Shown here: in pieces, positions 46,039 to 57,170 of the stretch | Layout: the number at the start of each line of letters is the position of its first letter | Numbering within the stretch: the stretch's first letter is position 1 | IMG/VR virus record: IMGVR_UViG_3300032309_001546 | Coordinates: 64,001 to 128,000 of that record | Strand: one strand, 5' to 3' | Source of the DNA: a virus | DNA: 64,000 nucleotides | Translations under genes and position numbers: made by a program | The notes under the pieces: model-generated | The model's input: only the letters and a program-made list of their open reading frames with translations | Database searches by the model: none | Told to the model about the DNA's origin: nothing

Positions 46039-47361
46039 TTGATTACTAGTAAGAAGTACTCTGTTTTGGCACACTATAACGACATTAATAAGGCTAATAA
46101 TAAGAAGCCTAGGTCTTCACACGATAATAGTGCTGGGCGGGGAGTTGATAACCCATATAAGAATGCAGAGAGACTAGCTCAACCTACTTATACTGGAACT
46201 ATCTCTGGACAAGTTATAGATCCTTATACTCTTAAGAATAGCTTAGAGTTTTCAAGTAGGGAAGAGGAGATGCCTTTTGACTTGCAAGCTCTTTCTGAAG
46301 AAGAAAATGTTAATGTTATAGAGAGCGCAAAGGGCCTTCCTACTAGGGGTCTTGCTATCAGTGAGGATAAGTCCTTTACTAAGACTGCTAGTCTCTTAAA
46401 GGACTCTAGTCTCGTCTCTGGCAATCATAATACTAATGGTCTTGGCGGCGTGGAGGCCAGTACACAAATACTACTTGATAGAGTTGGGGAGCTTTTAGAT
46501 AACGATGAAACATTACTGGAAAGAGCTGAGCCCCTTGATCATACTTCTTCTACTTCTATCTCTCTTAAAGATGCTTTTCAAAGTGCTTTAGACGCCAGTG
46601 ATCCTAATACTATAGATGTTAATGCTTTCTTCTCTAGCAGTAGTCTTGGGACTTTTCTTGGTAGTGATCCTGATCTATATAAGGACTTGCATATAACACC
46701 TCAGAGTGCCGCTAGAATGAGGTCGCATCTTGCCGCCGTTAAACATGGTACTTATGCTAGTGTGCCTCTTATCTGTAAAGGATATGAGAGTTGCCCCATT
46801 CGCAGCTCATGTTGGTTTGCTGTTAAGAAGGACAATGGAAGTATTGATCTTGCCTCTAGTAAATTCCCAGTACTGCAACCTTGCCCGGTAGAAGCTAGTA
46901 TTCTTCAGGTTAAGGTTAAGCAATACTGCAGTGAGAACTTTAGAGATATGAATAACATTACCCCTAGTGTTATTAGCTTGGCTACCAAGCTTGCTGAACT
47001 AGATATCTATGAGATCCGGGTTAATATGCTGTTATCTCAAGGTGACAGCCTTGGCGAGGGTAGAGACTTAATGCAGGAGGCCGTGCTAAGTAGCGACTTA
47101 CATGGTAATCCTGTTAAGACTGCGATGAAAGAACATCCTGCTTTTGCGTTGAAGGAACGCTTTCAGAAGATGCGTAGTCAATTGATGAAGGAACTTTTAA
47201 GTACTCCAGAAGCTAAGTTAAATGCGAGGGCTAAGATGGAGTCTACTAAGGTTGAGAGTGTTAGTTCAACAATGACAAAAATGTCTGCTGCATTAAGTAA
47301 GATTAATAGTTTAATAAGAGATAATAAAGATAGTGATCCTTTTGATTACGAAGATGATTAG
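46039..47361 (+). CDS. Putative terminase small subunit with N-terminal extension
   Basis: C-terminal KEHPAFALKERFQKMRSQLMKELLSTPEAK resembles the P27-type TerS motif K.HPA...........EL..TP..R; Cys cluster C....CP....C...CPVE; first gene of the packaging arm. Start uncertain. Confidence 0.6.
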   Translation: MITSKKYSVLAHYNDINKANNKKPRSSHDNSAGRGVDNPYKNAERLAQPTYTGTISGQVIDPYTLKNSLEFSSREEEMPFDLQALSEEENVNVIESAKGLPTRGLAISEDKSFTKTASLLKDSSLVSGNHNTNGLGGVEASTQILLDRVGELLDNDETLLERAEPLDHTSSTSISLKDAFQSALDASDPNTIDVNAFFSSSSLGTFLGSDPDLYKDLHITPQSAARMRSHLAAVKHGTYASVPLICKGYESCPIRSSCWFAVKKDNGSIDLASSKFPVLQPCPVEASILQVKVKQYCSENFRDMNNITPSVISLATKLAELDIYEIRVNMLLSQGDSLGEGRDLMQEAVLSSDLHGNPVKTAMKEHPAFALKERFQKMRSQLMKELLSTPEAKLNARAKMESTKVESVSSTMTKMSAALSKINSLIRDNKDSDPFDYEDD

Positions 47362-47392
47362 CTTTTAACTATTTGTACTTTAAGGGATTTAA

Positions 47393-50300
47393 ATGGCACA
47401 ATTTAGTCCGCGAGTAAGAGCCGCAAGAGACTACATTTTGAATCCCGACATGGATCCTATCAAAGCAGCAAGTGCTTTGTATGGAAAGCATGCTAATGCT
47501 AATACCTACTTAAGTACTGTAGATGCTAGTGTTCGCGGTATTTTCACTGCTAGTACTGCTATTATGAAGGGTACTGCTAGGTTTACTGGCGACGTAGCTA
47601 AGTCGCTGAATAAGGTTGTTAAACCTCGTAAGATTATAGAAAGTACATTAAGTAGGTTGATTGGTCAGAAAGATACAAATGATATTTTAAACTTTACTGA
47701 TAATATCCTTAAAGAATCTACGGATGCTTTAAAGGAGATGGGTAAACAAATATCTATCTTTACAACTGAGTATGCTGCTAATGCAACTAATATGGAATAT
47801 GGGGGAAGTGCAAGTAACGTACTTAGAAGTATGAAGACTGCAATGCTTTCTGCTAGTGGATATAGTTTCTCTGTTAATGAAATGATACAGAATACTGTAG
47901 TTATAGACATTGAGACCGGCGGCCTTGGCAAGAATGCCCCGATTGTTCAGATGGCTATGGCAGATATATCTCGTATTCCAAATATGAGTCAAATGACTCC
48001 TGATGAGATTAGAGCTTACCAGGAAGAGATAGCCAGATTAACTCCTCGTGAGCAATTAGAGCGAGGAATGCTAAGCATGCAGATGCTGCCTGAAGCAGTT
48101 CTCAGAGATGATGCTAGAACTGCTGCTAATGGAGCTGTACGCACACCTACTTACAATATGACTACACACTTACCAAGGAGTGCTCAGGCTTTCCAAGAGA
48201 CTTTTGGTGGTTGGGGCTTGCATACTGAAGGCTATACTATCGGAGACTTTTATCGAGAGTATGCAGATGAAGTAGATCCGTCAGCCGCAGATCCTAATGA
48301 TCCTATGGCTCGTAGAATCTCTGATGCTAATATGGCTTCTATTAGAGCAAATCTTGAACAGCATGGTTTTATTTCATTGCAAGATGGCAGAAGACTATAT
48401 AGTCAGAGAGAAGCGACTAAGTGGTCAACTATTTTTATGAAGAGGGCCGCAGATGAGAATAAGAATTTAACTGCAGCTAATATTTCATTCGAATCTTTTC
48501 GAGTAGGTAAGCTGCAGAATTTCTTTGTTGAGGATGCAGAGGTAGGAGTAGATGACAGAGCTGTCAACTTTGTTATTGGCAGAGATCAAATGACACAGGC
48601 TGAGAAGGATAAGTTCTTCCTGAATAATGATCCAGATATTGTTGCTGCTTTTGGCGGAGAACTAAAAGGGCACAAAGATATAAGAGATATGTATCAAGCG
48701 ACTTGGAAAAGTAAGTATAAGCTTAATATCTTAGATGAGAATAATTATTACTTTGTAGACCAGTTTAAGACTTTGCAGAACAAAGGAAGAAGCAATGAGA
48801 TGATAAATCTTTTTCCTGAGTTTATGCGTCGCCTTGGCGGCGGATTAAAAACTTATGACCAGCAGAACTTGACTAAGATGTTATTCTCTGGGCTAATGCA
48901 ACTTGACTATATTCCTCATAGCCAAGATATCTTCTCAGGTACAGCTATTGACTGGGCGACTAGAACTGCTTTGGGCGAATCAGAAAGTCACTTAGCTTTC
49001 TCTGACGTTTTACAGCAGGCTAGAATCATGACAGAAGGTAAGTTAGGTGACGCGACTTCTGATGTCTATAACATGACTAAAGCAACTGGATCTGCTGCCG
49101 TTGGTGACCAGGTAAAGGGAATGTTTTCTGCGATAAGAGTCTTGCTTGATCCTAAGAGAAAGACCTGGTTTGATTTAGGAAAAATTATTAGAGAGACTGA
49201 AGTAAGTGTTAACCATCCTATTCAAAGAACAACTGAAGCAGGTCAAGTATTTAATGCTCCTGCTGCGTTAGGTAATCTCCAATTTACTGGAAGTATTGCT
49301 GAGGTAAACAAGCAATATAACATTACCAAAGAACTATTAAGAATAAATGAGACTGTAGACCATGCACTAGGAGTAGGCAATACTCTATATGACCAGAGAG
49401 GAGCGGGATTAACAGAGACAATGCCCGCGAGACAACTAGAAGCAAACAGCCCTCAGTTAAGAGAAGGTACAACTATCGAATACAATGGTACTACTTACCA
49501 AACACGTGCTAGTATACAAACTCCATCTGGCCGAATGTATCAGGTTCAAGGTTCGAATGCTCTTATTCCAGCTCAAGATATAACAATTCCAGCACAGGAT
49601 GTCACCTGGTTTGAAACTGGACATGAGCCTTTCTCTCTAGGAAGACAGACAGGACAAAAGCGCCATGAGCTTACAACTCCTGACAGTAGAAGTTTATACA
49701 TGAGCTATACTACTCATGACTATGAGTTGACAGATAGAATTAGAGAGCAACATCAAAGCCATCTTGCAGCAGGAGCAACGGCAGATGAGGCAAATGCAGC
49801 AACGAAAGAATGGCTAGTTGGTCAGTATGCGGAGACAAGAGGTATACAGTCAACTGGTAGAACTGCTCCTGGAATGATTGACCAATTCCGTACTTTAATG
49901 GGAATGTTTAATAATCGACAAGAAATGACAGATACTTTGCGCTTCCAGATGGAACATGGTAAGAAAGCAATGGATGCATCTATTCATGAACAAGTAAGAG
50001 GTAGAGTTGCAGAAGTTGCAAGACTAGGCAAGGAAGACATTATAACTCCGACACGAGACTTTGTAACCGAAGGCGCAAGAACTGTTAGTGATGTCTTCTC
50101 GGGCCGTCGCTCTTTAAACGATATAAGCTTAAGTTCTATATCTAATTTGCCAAATGCAATAGTCCAGCAGACTTTTAATGTAGATGCAGACTTTGCAAGA
50201 ATGTTTACCCGTGTTGCTGGTAGGCCATTGGCTGTTGCTGGAGCAGTAGGAGCAGTTGCTGGAGCTGTAGGTGCTGGCTATATGGTAGATGGTCCAAGTT

Positions 50301-51214
50301 GGAAAGCAACTACAGGTGACATTCTTAAAATGACAGGCGAGGAAAAAACAATCCTTGAACAGGGACATCACAAATCTGGTGGCAATCTTCTTGATGTTTC
50401 TACTCCTTATCTTGGAGATATACAACATATCAATCCAAATGGCGCAGTACTAACTGCACTAGACTCTAGTAAAGTTGATTATGCGATTGGTGACGGTGAC
50501 ACTGTTGAAGTCTTGTCAAAAGGCTTTCTTGGTATGGGTAGAAAAAAGCTAGGAAGTATCCGTGTTGCAGGCATTGACACACCGGAAACTTCGCATGGTG
50601 GTGGTAATGGACCAGGTAATATGCCTTACTCTGCTCAGGGTAAACAGTACTTAAGCAACGTGCTTAGCTCTAGAGAAGGAGCTTATGTTGCTATTGGACC
50701 AAAACAGACGTATGGTCGCGCCGTTGGTCTTGTTGTTGATGAGTCAGGAATTAACTATTCTCACCAGATGGTTGAGCAAGGACTTGGTTCAGTGCTTTAT
50801 CGTGAAACTCCATTTGAAGACTTAATTAGCCAGAAAGATTATAATCGAGCTGAGAATAGAGCAAGAGCTGGCAACAGAGGAATGTGGAGTGAACCATTCT
50901 ACTATGGTGCACAAAGCGGGATTGAAGGTAGAGACAGAACTGGTTGGAATAAAATGACACCGACTAATGCTTATAAATTTAACTTTGATAGAAGTCCTGG
51001 CACAACTACTGAACAAGTTGAAAAGATGAGAGAACCAATGGAGATGGCTCATTCTTTAAATAGTATAATTGATACAACACAAGAAGATTTTTTAAATGCT
51101 GCAGGCAGTAGCATTGGAAGAGGTAATCATAAAGCATTGATGGCAGATATGCAACAGATGGCGCTAGCAAATAGCATGCAAAAAAACCGAGGAAGAGGCA
51201 GGGAGCGTAGATAA
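47393..51214 (+). CDS. Large protein with a DEDDh exonuclease-like domain and a C-terminal thermonuclease (SNase) domain
   Basis: ExoI VIDIETGG, ExoII-like AANISFE, ExoIII SHLAFSD; SNase DGDT...IRVAGIDTPE...YGR...MVEQGL...AE..AR...RGMW. Confidence 0.75.
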   Translation: MAQFSPRVRAARDYILNPDMDPIKAASALYGKHANANTYLSTVDASVRGIFTASTAIMKGTARFTGDVAKSLNKVVKPRKIIESTLSRLIGQKDTNDILNFTDNILKESTDALKEMGKQISIFTTEYAANATNMEYGGSASNVLRSMKTAMLSASGYSFSVNEMIQNTVVIDIETGGLGKNAPIVQMAMADISRIPNMSQMTPDEIRAYQEEIARLTPREQLERGMLSMQMLPEAVLRDDARTAANGAVRTPTYNMTTHLPRSAQAFQETFGGWGLHTEGYTIGDFYREYADEVDPSAADPNDPMARRISDANMASIRANLEQHGFISLQDGRRLYSQREATKWSTIFMKRAADENKNLTAANISFESFRVGKLQNFFVEDAEVGVDDRAVNFVIGRDQMTQAEKDKFFLNNDPDIVAAFGGELKGHKDIRDMYQATWKSKYKLNILDENNYYFVDQFKTLQNKGRSNEMINLFPEFMRRLGGGLKTYDQQNLTKMLFSGLMQLDYIPHSQDIFSGTAIDWATRTALGESESHLAFSDVLQQARIMTEGKLGDATSDVYNMTKATGSAAVGDQVKGMFSAIRVLLDPKRKTWFDLGKIIRETEVSVNHPIQRTTEAGQVFNAPAALGNLQFTGSIAEVNKQYNITKELLRINETVDHALGVGNTLYDQRGAGLTETMPARQLEANSPQLREGTTIEYNGTTYQTRASIQTPSGRMYQVQGSNALIPAQDITIPAQDVTWFETGHEPFSLGRQTGQKRHELTTPDSRSLYMSYTTHDYELTDRIREQHQSHLAAGATADEANAATKEWLVGQYAETRGIQSTGRTAPGMIDQFRTLMGMFNNRQEMTDTLRFQMEHGKKAMDASIHEQVRGRVAEVARLGKEDIITPTRDFVTEGARTVSDVFSGRRSLNDISLSSISNLPNAIVQQTFNVDADFARMFTRVAGRPLAVAGAVGAVAGAVGAGYMVDGPSWKATTGDILKMTGEEKTILEQGHHKSGGNLLDVSTPYLGDIQHINPNGAVLTALDSSKVDYAIGDGDTVEVLSKGFLGMGRKKLGSIRVAGIDTPETSHGGGNGPGNMPYSAQGKQYLSNVLSSREGAYVAIGPKQTYGRAVGLVVDESGINYSHQMVEQGLGSVLYRETPFEDLISQKDYNRAENRARAGNRGMWSEPFYYGAQSGIEGRDRTGWNKMTPTNAYKFNFDRSPGTTTEQVEKMREPMEMAHSLNSIIDTTQEDFLNAAGSSIGRGNHKALMADMQQMALANSMQKNRGRGRERR

Positions 51215-53979
51215 TGTTATCTCTTATAAGTAAAATCCTAGGGAAAGCTGGATCTGCCATTGGTAAAGCTGGTGGAGCTGCACGAGGAGCGGCAACCGGA
51301 GGCGCGGGTCGGGCTGCTGCAAGTGCTGGTCTCGGTGTCTTCAATGGAGCAGCAACTGGAGCTATGATTGGCTCTGCTATTCCTGGGGTTGGGAGTGTAG
51401 CAGGTGCGGTTGTAGGAGGTGTAACTAGCGCCCCTGTAAGGGCCGGCCTTGGTGGCTTAGCTCGACGTCTTGGATTGTCTAAAGCAGGAGGAGCAGCCGC
51501 TAGTTCTGCTGCTGGAGGTGCGGCTCAAGTAGTGCAAGGAGCTACTCCAGTCGGGGCAAGTGCAGCTTCTAATTTAGCTGGAGCTTTAATTGGAGATGCT
51601 GGAAGAGCTGCCCCTGCTGCTTCAAGGGCGGCCGCAACAACAGAAAAACAAGTAGCTTCTGTAAGTCGAAAAAAGAATAGAGGTGCTGGTAGAAGGGAAA
51701 AAATAGAAAGGGAAAAACAAGCCGCAGCTAGTGCGCCTGTAAGAACAGCCAAAGAAGCAACTTTAGGTCCCAATGCGAATGAGCAAGCACTATATGATTC
51801 TGCAGATGTTGATCTTCCTATGCGTAAAGGAAAATCGCCAGCAGCAATGCAGTCTACAGATCATATTTTCCCTGGAAAAATGTCTGGTGCTGCGGATGAA
51901 GTTTCAGATTTTCCAGCGCGTAAAGGAAAATCAGCCGCAGGGGGAATGCAATCTGGAGACTCTCTTTTCTCAGGACAAGTGCCTGGTGTCACTAGACCAA
52001 CTGAAGTTGGAGGAGCTGCTGCGGGAGAGGATATATTAGATCTTCCAGGCAGAAAAGGAGCAACAGGACCAGGAGCAGTTCAATCTGGAGACTCTCTTTT
52101 TTCTGGGCAAGTTCCTGGGGCTACTAGACCAACGTCTGCTGAATCTTTTGCTAGTGCAGAAGTAGATGCTGACTTACCAGTAAGCAAACCTAAAGATGTT
52201 CCGATGTTGCCTGGCACTCGACCCCAAGATGCTGCAATGTTGCCTGGCACTCGACAAGCTGCCCCTGCTCCAGGAGTGAACCCAGCTGCGCCAGATCCAA
52301 GTGTAGCAACACCTGGAGCCGCACCAAGTGCAGGCCCTACAACTGGAGCACAGGCAGCGAAGAAGATGCCAGGACCACCAGAAAGGATGGCTAATATAGT
52401 AACAGGTGGAGGAGATACAGTTGATGACATAAAGAAACTTAAAGATCCTAGTAGATTGATTGACTGGGCTGTTGGTCCTGCTATTGGAGCAGCAATTGGT
52501 GGTGCTGAAGGATTTTATAATTACGACTCATCAAAAGAAAAAGATCCTCTATTAAAAGAGACACCTTTTATTGCACGTATGAAAGCTGCAGGTGAAGGAG
52601 CCGCTAAAGGAGCTGGCTACGCAGCTGCAGGTATTGCAGGCGAGAGAGCTTTAGTTGGCATTGGCAAGATGAATATGTCGGAGTATCAGAAGTCTCTATT
52701 GCCTGGCCCAATAAGTTTAACTGAAGCTTTTACAAAAGGATTTGGTTCAACAGCAGGAGCATCTGGCACTACTAGCATGGGAGGGATATCAAATAGAGTA
52801 ACTGGTGCTTTTGACGAAAGTAGTGGTTATGTTGCGGCCCTTAGAACTGATAAAGGAATAAAAGCTGAAGAAGCTGTTTCGGGCAAGATAAGACAAGTAG
52901 AAAGAGAGGCGGCAGAGGCTACGAAGAAAAGGGCTGCTGCTGCAGCTTCTGCTCCAACCGCGACTGCACCTGCTGCGGCAACCGCAGCTCCAGCTGCAGC
53001 TGCAGGGGCAACTCCGACTCGCCGTACTGTTAGTGCTCCTCCTGCGAACTTTAGACCCGGTTCAATGACAACCCCAACACCTGCTCCTGCTGCTTCTGCA
53101 ACAGCCGCTCCTTCATCTTTTCCAGCAGGTACCCCCGCAGCAGCGCGTAATCCAGCTTCGGCAGCGCCAGCGGCTGCGCCAGCAGCACCCGCTCCTCCTC
53201 CTCCAAGTGCTACAGTAACTGCAGCAACAGCAGCTTCTAATGCAAATGCGCCAAGAGTTCAATCCAGAATTCAGATAGAGCAGCTTAATAAGCAGAGAGA
53301 AAAAATTAGGAATAATACTGCTGATAGTATGATGCACTTGCCAGATCATATGACTCCACAAAGAGTTAGCGATAGCGTGAACTCTGCTAGAGGTATAGTT
53401 GATGCTGGTGTTATTGCAGCAACTGCAGTAGGGGCACTCGCAGGTACCCCTATACTTATGGCAAAGCAAGCTGTTCATAATTATAAAGAACATATTTTAC
53501 AGCCAAATGAAAAGACAAGTCAGGTCTCAGCAGGAATGAGTTTAAGAGGGCCTCAGATTCAAAATCCATTCTTGAGTGAAGGTCAAGCAACAGGTGAATA
53601 TGGAATCCGCAGTACCTTAGATGCTCAGTTTGGAGATGGCGCTATTGCAAGGAATATTATAGCTGCAGGCGTAACAACCACTGTTGGTGGAGCCGCAATG
53701 TTTGGAGCAATGGGAGCTACTAGTTATGGTGGTGGACCTGGTCACCCAATGAATGCTTTACAAATGAGAGATCCTGCAGTAAGTGCTAAGGCTCAGATGG
53801 ACGCAGATGCAAGTAATAAGATTAGAATGAGTGATCCATCTCAGCTTGGACTAGCTGACGCCGAAGAAATGTACTATTCAAATCCGAGTATGAGACCAGT
53901 TCAAAGCAGATCAAGACCCGGTCAGTATAATGACACTGGTAATCTAACACTTGCTCTTAGTGCATTAAGAAGAGGTTAA
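51214..53979 (+). CDS. Ala/Gly/Pro-rich low-complexity protein (possible virion or ejection protein)
   Basis: 921 aa; glycine-zipper-like hydrophobic segments; internal repeats. Confidence 0.7.
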   Translation: MLSLISKILGKAGSAIGKAGGAARGAATGGAGRAAASAGLGVFNGAATGAMIGSAIPGVGSVAGAVVGGVTSAPVRAGLGGLARRLGLSKAGGAAASSAAGGAAQVVQGATPVGASAASNLAGALIGDAGRAAPAASRAAATTEKQVASVSRKKNRGAGRREKIEREKQAAASAPVRTAKEATLGPNANEQALYDSADVDLPMRKGKSPAAMQSTDHIFPGKMSGAADEVSDFPARKGKSAAGGMQSGDSLFSGQVPGVTRPTEVGGAAAGEDILDLPGRKGATGPGAVQSGDSLFSGQVPGATRPTSAESFASAEVDADLPVSKPKDVPMLPGTRPQDAAMLPGTRQAAPAPGVNPAAPDPSVATPGAAPSAGPTTGAQAAKKMPGPPERMANIVTGGGDTVDDIKKLKDPSRLIDWAVGPAIGAAIGGAEGFYNYDSSKEKDPLLKETPFIARMKAAGEGAAKGAGYAAAGIAGERALVGIGKMNMSEYQKSLLPGPISLTEAFTKGFGSTAGASGTTSMGGISNRVTGAFDESSGYVAALRTDKGIKAEEAVSGKIRQVEREAAEATKKRAAAAASAPTATAPAAATAAPAAAAGATPTRRTVSAPPANFRPGSMTTPTPAPAASATAAPSSFPAGTPAAARNPASAAPAAAPAAPAPPPPSATVTAATAASNANAPRVQSRIQIEQLNKQREKIRNNTADSMMHLPDHMTPQRVSDSVNSARGIVDAGVIAATAVGALAGTPILMAKQAVHNYKEHILQPNEKTSQVSAGMSLRGPQIQNPFLSEGQATGEYGIRSTLDAQFGDGAIARNIIAAGVTTTVGGAAMFGAMGATSYGGGPGHPMNALQMRDPAVSAKAQMDADASNKIRMSDPSQLGLADAEEMYYSNPSMRPVQSRSRPGQYNDTGNLTLALSALRRG

Positions 53980-53981
53980 TT

Positions 53982-56900
53982 ATGGCGTTAAGAAGAAAGA
54001 GTTTACAGTCTCCGTCGCTCTTTAATATTCCTCCTGAAGCGGAAGAAACTTTTAATGTTTATGATAAGCAGGCATTAGAAATAGGTCAGTCAGTAGGAGG
54101 TGACAATAGAAGTTATTTTGATCAAATGCATGAAATTATGACCAAATCTGGTCACAATTTGGTTGGATTTGAATCAAGTGAAGCGGATATGGTAAATCAA
54201 ACTTTAGGAGGAATGTCTCCTAGCCGAAGACTAGGATACGGACAAGGGACTCGAGCACATTATCAAAACCCAGAAACAGGATCGGTTAGAAGTGTTATTA
54301 ATGATGATTTAGATACAGATCATGCGGTAAACTGGATGGACAAAGAGGGATGGGAGCAACACCAAGCCAGGCACGCAAAGGCTGCACGTGACATGGGATA
54401 TGATCTTCCTAGTCTGCCTGCGTTAAATCCGGATGGAACTGTTGCGCGACCTCATCATGCTGAAGCTGCTGTAGGTAATAGTCCAGGAGTTTCTTCTGCC
54501 TCCTCTTCTGCTTCCTCTGTAGTTGATTCTCCACCGCCAGCCCCTGATCCAGTCCCTGCCCCTATTGAGACTAAAACTCTAGAAGAAAAGAAAGCCGAAG
54601 TTTTAGGACAAAGAGCAAAACAGCCACAGCGTGTTCCTCAACAGCATAATACTTGGCAAAGAACAGTTAGAGACTATTTAGCAGACGTAGCAAAGCCGCC
54701 GGAGCCATCTGCCGACCCTACAAAACTTCGAGCAAAAGGCGGAAAGGGTTTTATTCCCACTCCTGTTAGGCAGGCTTTAACAGGAATGGGATATGAAATA
54801 CCTGAGCCTGAGATGCCAGGCACACCAGCTCAGGGTGATAACCCGGCGAGTCCAGCGTATCATTCTAGAAAACAGGTTGAAGAGATGTATGGAATGGCAG
54901 AACATCTTGCTGGGCGTGACCTTGAGAATGAAGCTCGTCTCCGATATTTCAATGATCAGAGGAGCGCGGGTAATGCCCCTGCGGCTCCTGCTAAGCTTGC
55001 TCAGGGTGCTGAGAAAGTTGCACAGGCTGCATCGAGTGGCGCTCCTATTCCACAGCCTGTTAGCGTAGAGGAATATCTTAGTGCTCATAATAAAATGATT
55101 AATGATCCGTCTCCGGAGAATAAAGCAACAATGGAGCGTCCTGAGTATATGCAGACTCGGGCCAATGAAGGGGCAGCGATAGACAAATCACTGATGGAGC
55201 AGGCTAAGGCAGCAACACCTGCCGGAGCTAAGATTCCACAAGCAGCTGATGCTCCTGCTCAAGCCGCGCAAAAACTTGCTAGTACTGAGTCTGTACCTAC
55301 GACATCCGCCCCTGCTAGTTCTGCTGCTCAAGCTGCAGATGATGGTCCAGGTAAATTTGATATGGGCGCTGTTCCTGAAGACAGAATACCAAAGCGCCCT
55401 AAGCCTGGGGAGCTAGGATCACAAGAATATGTAGATAAACAACAAGCCGAGATAGAAGAAAGACAGCGTGCGCAGGCAAAAAAGAAATATGAGCAGTTGG
55501 CTAATTCTGATAACCCTAGACATCGAGCTATGGCCGAGAAATTAAAAGCCAGAGCTGAAGGTGGAAATGTTATTAAGGATGGTAAAGCGGCTGGAACTCT
55601 TGCAGAGCAACCTGGCTCTACTGTACCTAAAATATCAGACTCTCCTGCTGAAGCCGCACAAAAAGTTGCGAATACTGCAAGTGTACCTATTGAGACCGGC
55701 GCAGCAGCAGCAAGAAAAAGTAGTCTCCCTGAAGGCGCAAACAACTTAGGTACTACTAGCACTCCTGGTAGCAACCAAGCTGGTCCAACTACTGGAGCCC
55801 AAGCCGCAAGATCTGCCGCAAATATGTCACCTCCTGCCTTCGGACATCAAGGCGGAGAGGATGGCCCTGGAACCACAAGAGGTCAAGCAGCAAGAGGTGC
55901 TAGAGGCGTTGATCCAAATCTTGATAGAAGTGTTGACAGAGTATTTGGCGAAGCAACAAATGGAGTTGCTAATAATGGAGCTAAGGTGGCTCCAGGTGCA
56001 GCAGTGCGTAAGCGTAGAGGAGCTGGAAAAACAGGAGGTGCAACTGGTGCAGCTGCGTTTCCTTCTTCTCCTGCGGCAGGAGCTGGTCCAGTTGGCGGGG
56101 CTAATGCTCCAGCAGGTTCACCAGGCGCAGCACCATTATCTCCTAGTGCGGCCTATCAGGCCCAAGTAGAAGAAGCTAAACAGGCACGAGCTGCAAAAGC
56201 TGCTAGGGCAGGTGGTGGCTCTGGAGCTGCTGCAGCAGGGAAAGCTACCAAAGGATCAAGAACTAATGGAATGCTAAGAGGTATGGCATACAATAGCTCT
56301 CTGGTTGATAGAGAATTGGACTTAACCACTAGGGGCTTTGTAGCCGGTATTGGATCTATTGCGAATGACCTTGGTCTTAATAGGCGTGTTACGGCATACG
56401 GAGCAGACGGAAAGCCGAGTTCTTACATGGATACTTTTTTTGGAACTACTATTAGAGGTGGAACTGGATATGCACATCCTTTGATGGATGATGCAGGTCG
56501 AGTTACTTGGACAACCGCAAAGACAGTTCAGGCAGCTACTGCTGGTTGGGGAAAACACATTGAAGACTCATTCCAAAGTTCTACTGGAATTATGAAAACA
56601 ATGACGGGTATTAGGCGGAGTCTTTACAATGGTCTTGGTGGTGGATCAGATGGATTTATAAATAAAATGCTAACTAAACTTGGAGGTGCTGGTACATTGG
56701 TAGCTCCAGTTCTTATGGGTGCAACAGCGATTGCCGACTTCAGGCAAGGTTACAAGAAGGGTGGAGTGTTTGGAGGCATTGCTGGTGCTGGCAAAGGCAT
56801 AGTTGCTGGCTGGATAATGAATAAGGTAGTTGCTGCCGCTCTACTTAATCCTGTTACTACTCTTATTGCTGGCGGCGCTATTGCCGCTGCTGCCTATGCA

Positions 56901-57170
56901 ACATATAAAATCTTTGACGTACGAAATCAAGGAAATAACTATCTAAGACAAAGACAGATGCAAGGACCCTCATGGAAGAGTGGGCCAAGCGCAGGAATGA
57001 GTAGCTCTATGGGTAATACAATTAGACAGCGAAGCATTCATGCTATGGAGAATTCACGATTCAATGCAATGAGATCTATGGGCAATGAATCCTATATGAT
57101 TACAGCTCCGAAAAGCAGATATGCTAACTCAACATCAATACACAGTACGGCTCCAATGCTATCTTATTAA
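53982..57170 (+). CDS. Ala/Gly/Pro-rich protein with C-terminal hydrophobic helices (possible virion or ejection protein)
   Basis: 1062 aa; C-terminal GGVFGGIAGAG...LIAGGAIAAAAY segments. Confidence 0.7.
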   Translation: MALRRKSLQSPSLFNIPPEAEETFNVYDKQALEIGQSVGGDNRSYFDQMHEIMTKSGHNLVGFESSEADMVNQTLGGMSPSRRLGYGQGTRAHYQNPETGSVRSVINDDLDTDHAVNWMDKEGWEQHQARHAKAARDMGYDLPSLPALNPDGTVARPHHAEAAVGNSPGVSSASSSASSVVDSPPPAPDPVPAPIETKTLEEKKAEVLGQRAKQPQRVPQQHNTWQRTVRDYLADVAKPPEPSADPTKLRAKGGKGFIPTPVRQALTGMGYEIPEPEMPGTPAQGDNPASPAYHSRKQVEEMYGMAEHLAGRDLENEARLRYFNDQRSAGNAPAAPAKLAQGAEKVAQAASSGAPIPQPVSVEEYLSAHNKMINDPSPENKATMERPEYMQTRANEGAAIDKSLMEQAKAATPAGAKIPQAADAPAQAAQKLASTESVPTTSAPASSAAQAADDGPGKFDMGAVPEDRIPKRPKPGELGSQEYVDKQQAEIEERQRAQAKKKYEQLANSDNPRHRAMAEKLKARAEGGNVIKDGKAAGTLAEQPGSTVPKISDSPAEAAQKVANTASVPIETGAAAARKSSLPEGANNLGTTSTPGSNQAGPTTGAQAARSAANMSPPAFGHQGGEDGPGTTRGQAARGARGVDPNLDRSVDRVFGEATNGVANNGAKVAPGAAVRKRRGAGKTGGATGAAAFPSSPAAGAGPVGGANAPAGSPGAAPLSPSAAYQAQVEEAKQARAAKAARAGGGSGAAAAGKATKGSRTNGMLRGMAYNSSLVDRELDLTTRGFVAGIGSIANDLGLNRRVTAYGADGKPSSYMDTFFGTTIRGGTGYAHPLMDDAGRVTWTTAKTVQAATAGWGKHIEDSFQSSTGIMKTMTGIRRSLYNGLGGGSDGFINKMLTKLGGAGTLVAPVLMGATAIADFRQGYKKGGVFGGIAGAGKGIVAGWIMNKVVAAALLNPVTTLIAGGAIAAAAYATYKIFDVRNQGNNYLRQRQMQGPSWKSGPSAGMSSSMGNTIRQRSIHAMENSRFNAMRSMGNESYMITAPKSRYANSTSIHSTAPMLSY

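Noticed and set aside
51214-57170. Tape measure protein call
   Set aside because: Pro-rich disordered composition, no periodic aromatic repeats, and position between terminase genes rather than in a tail module.
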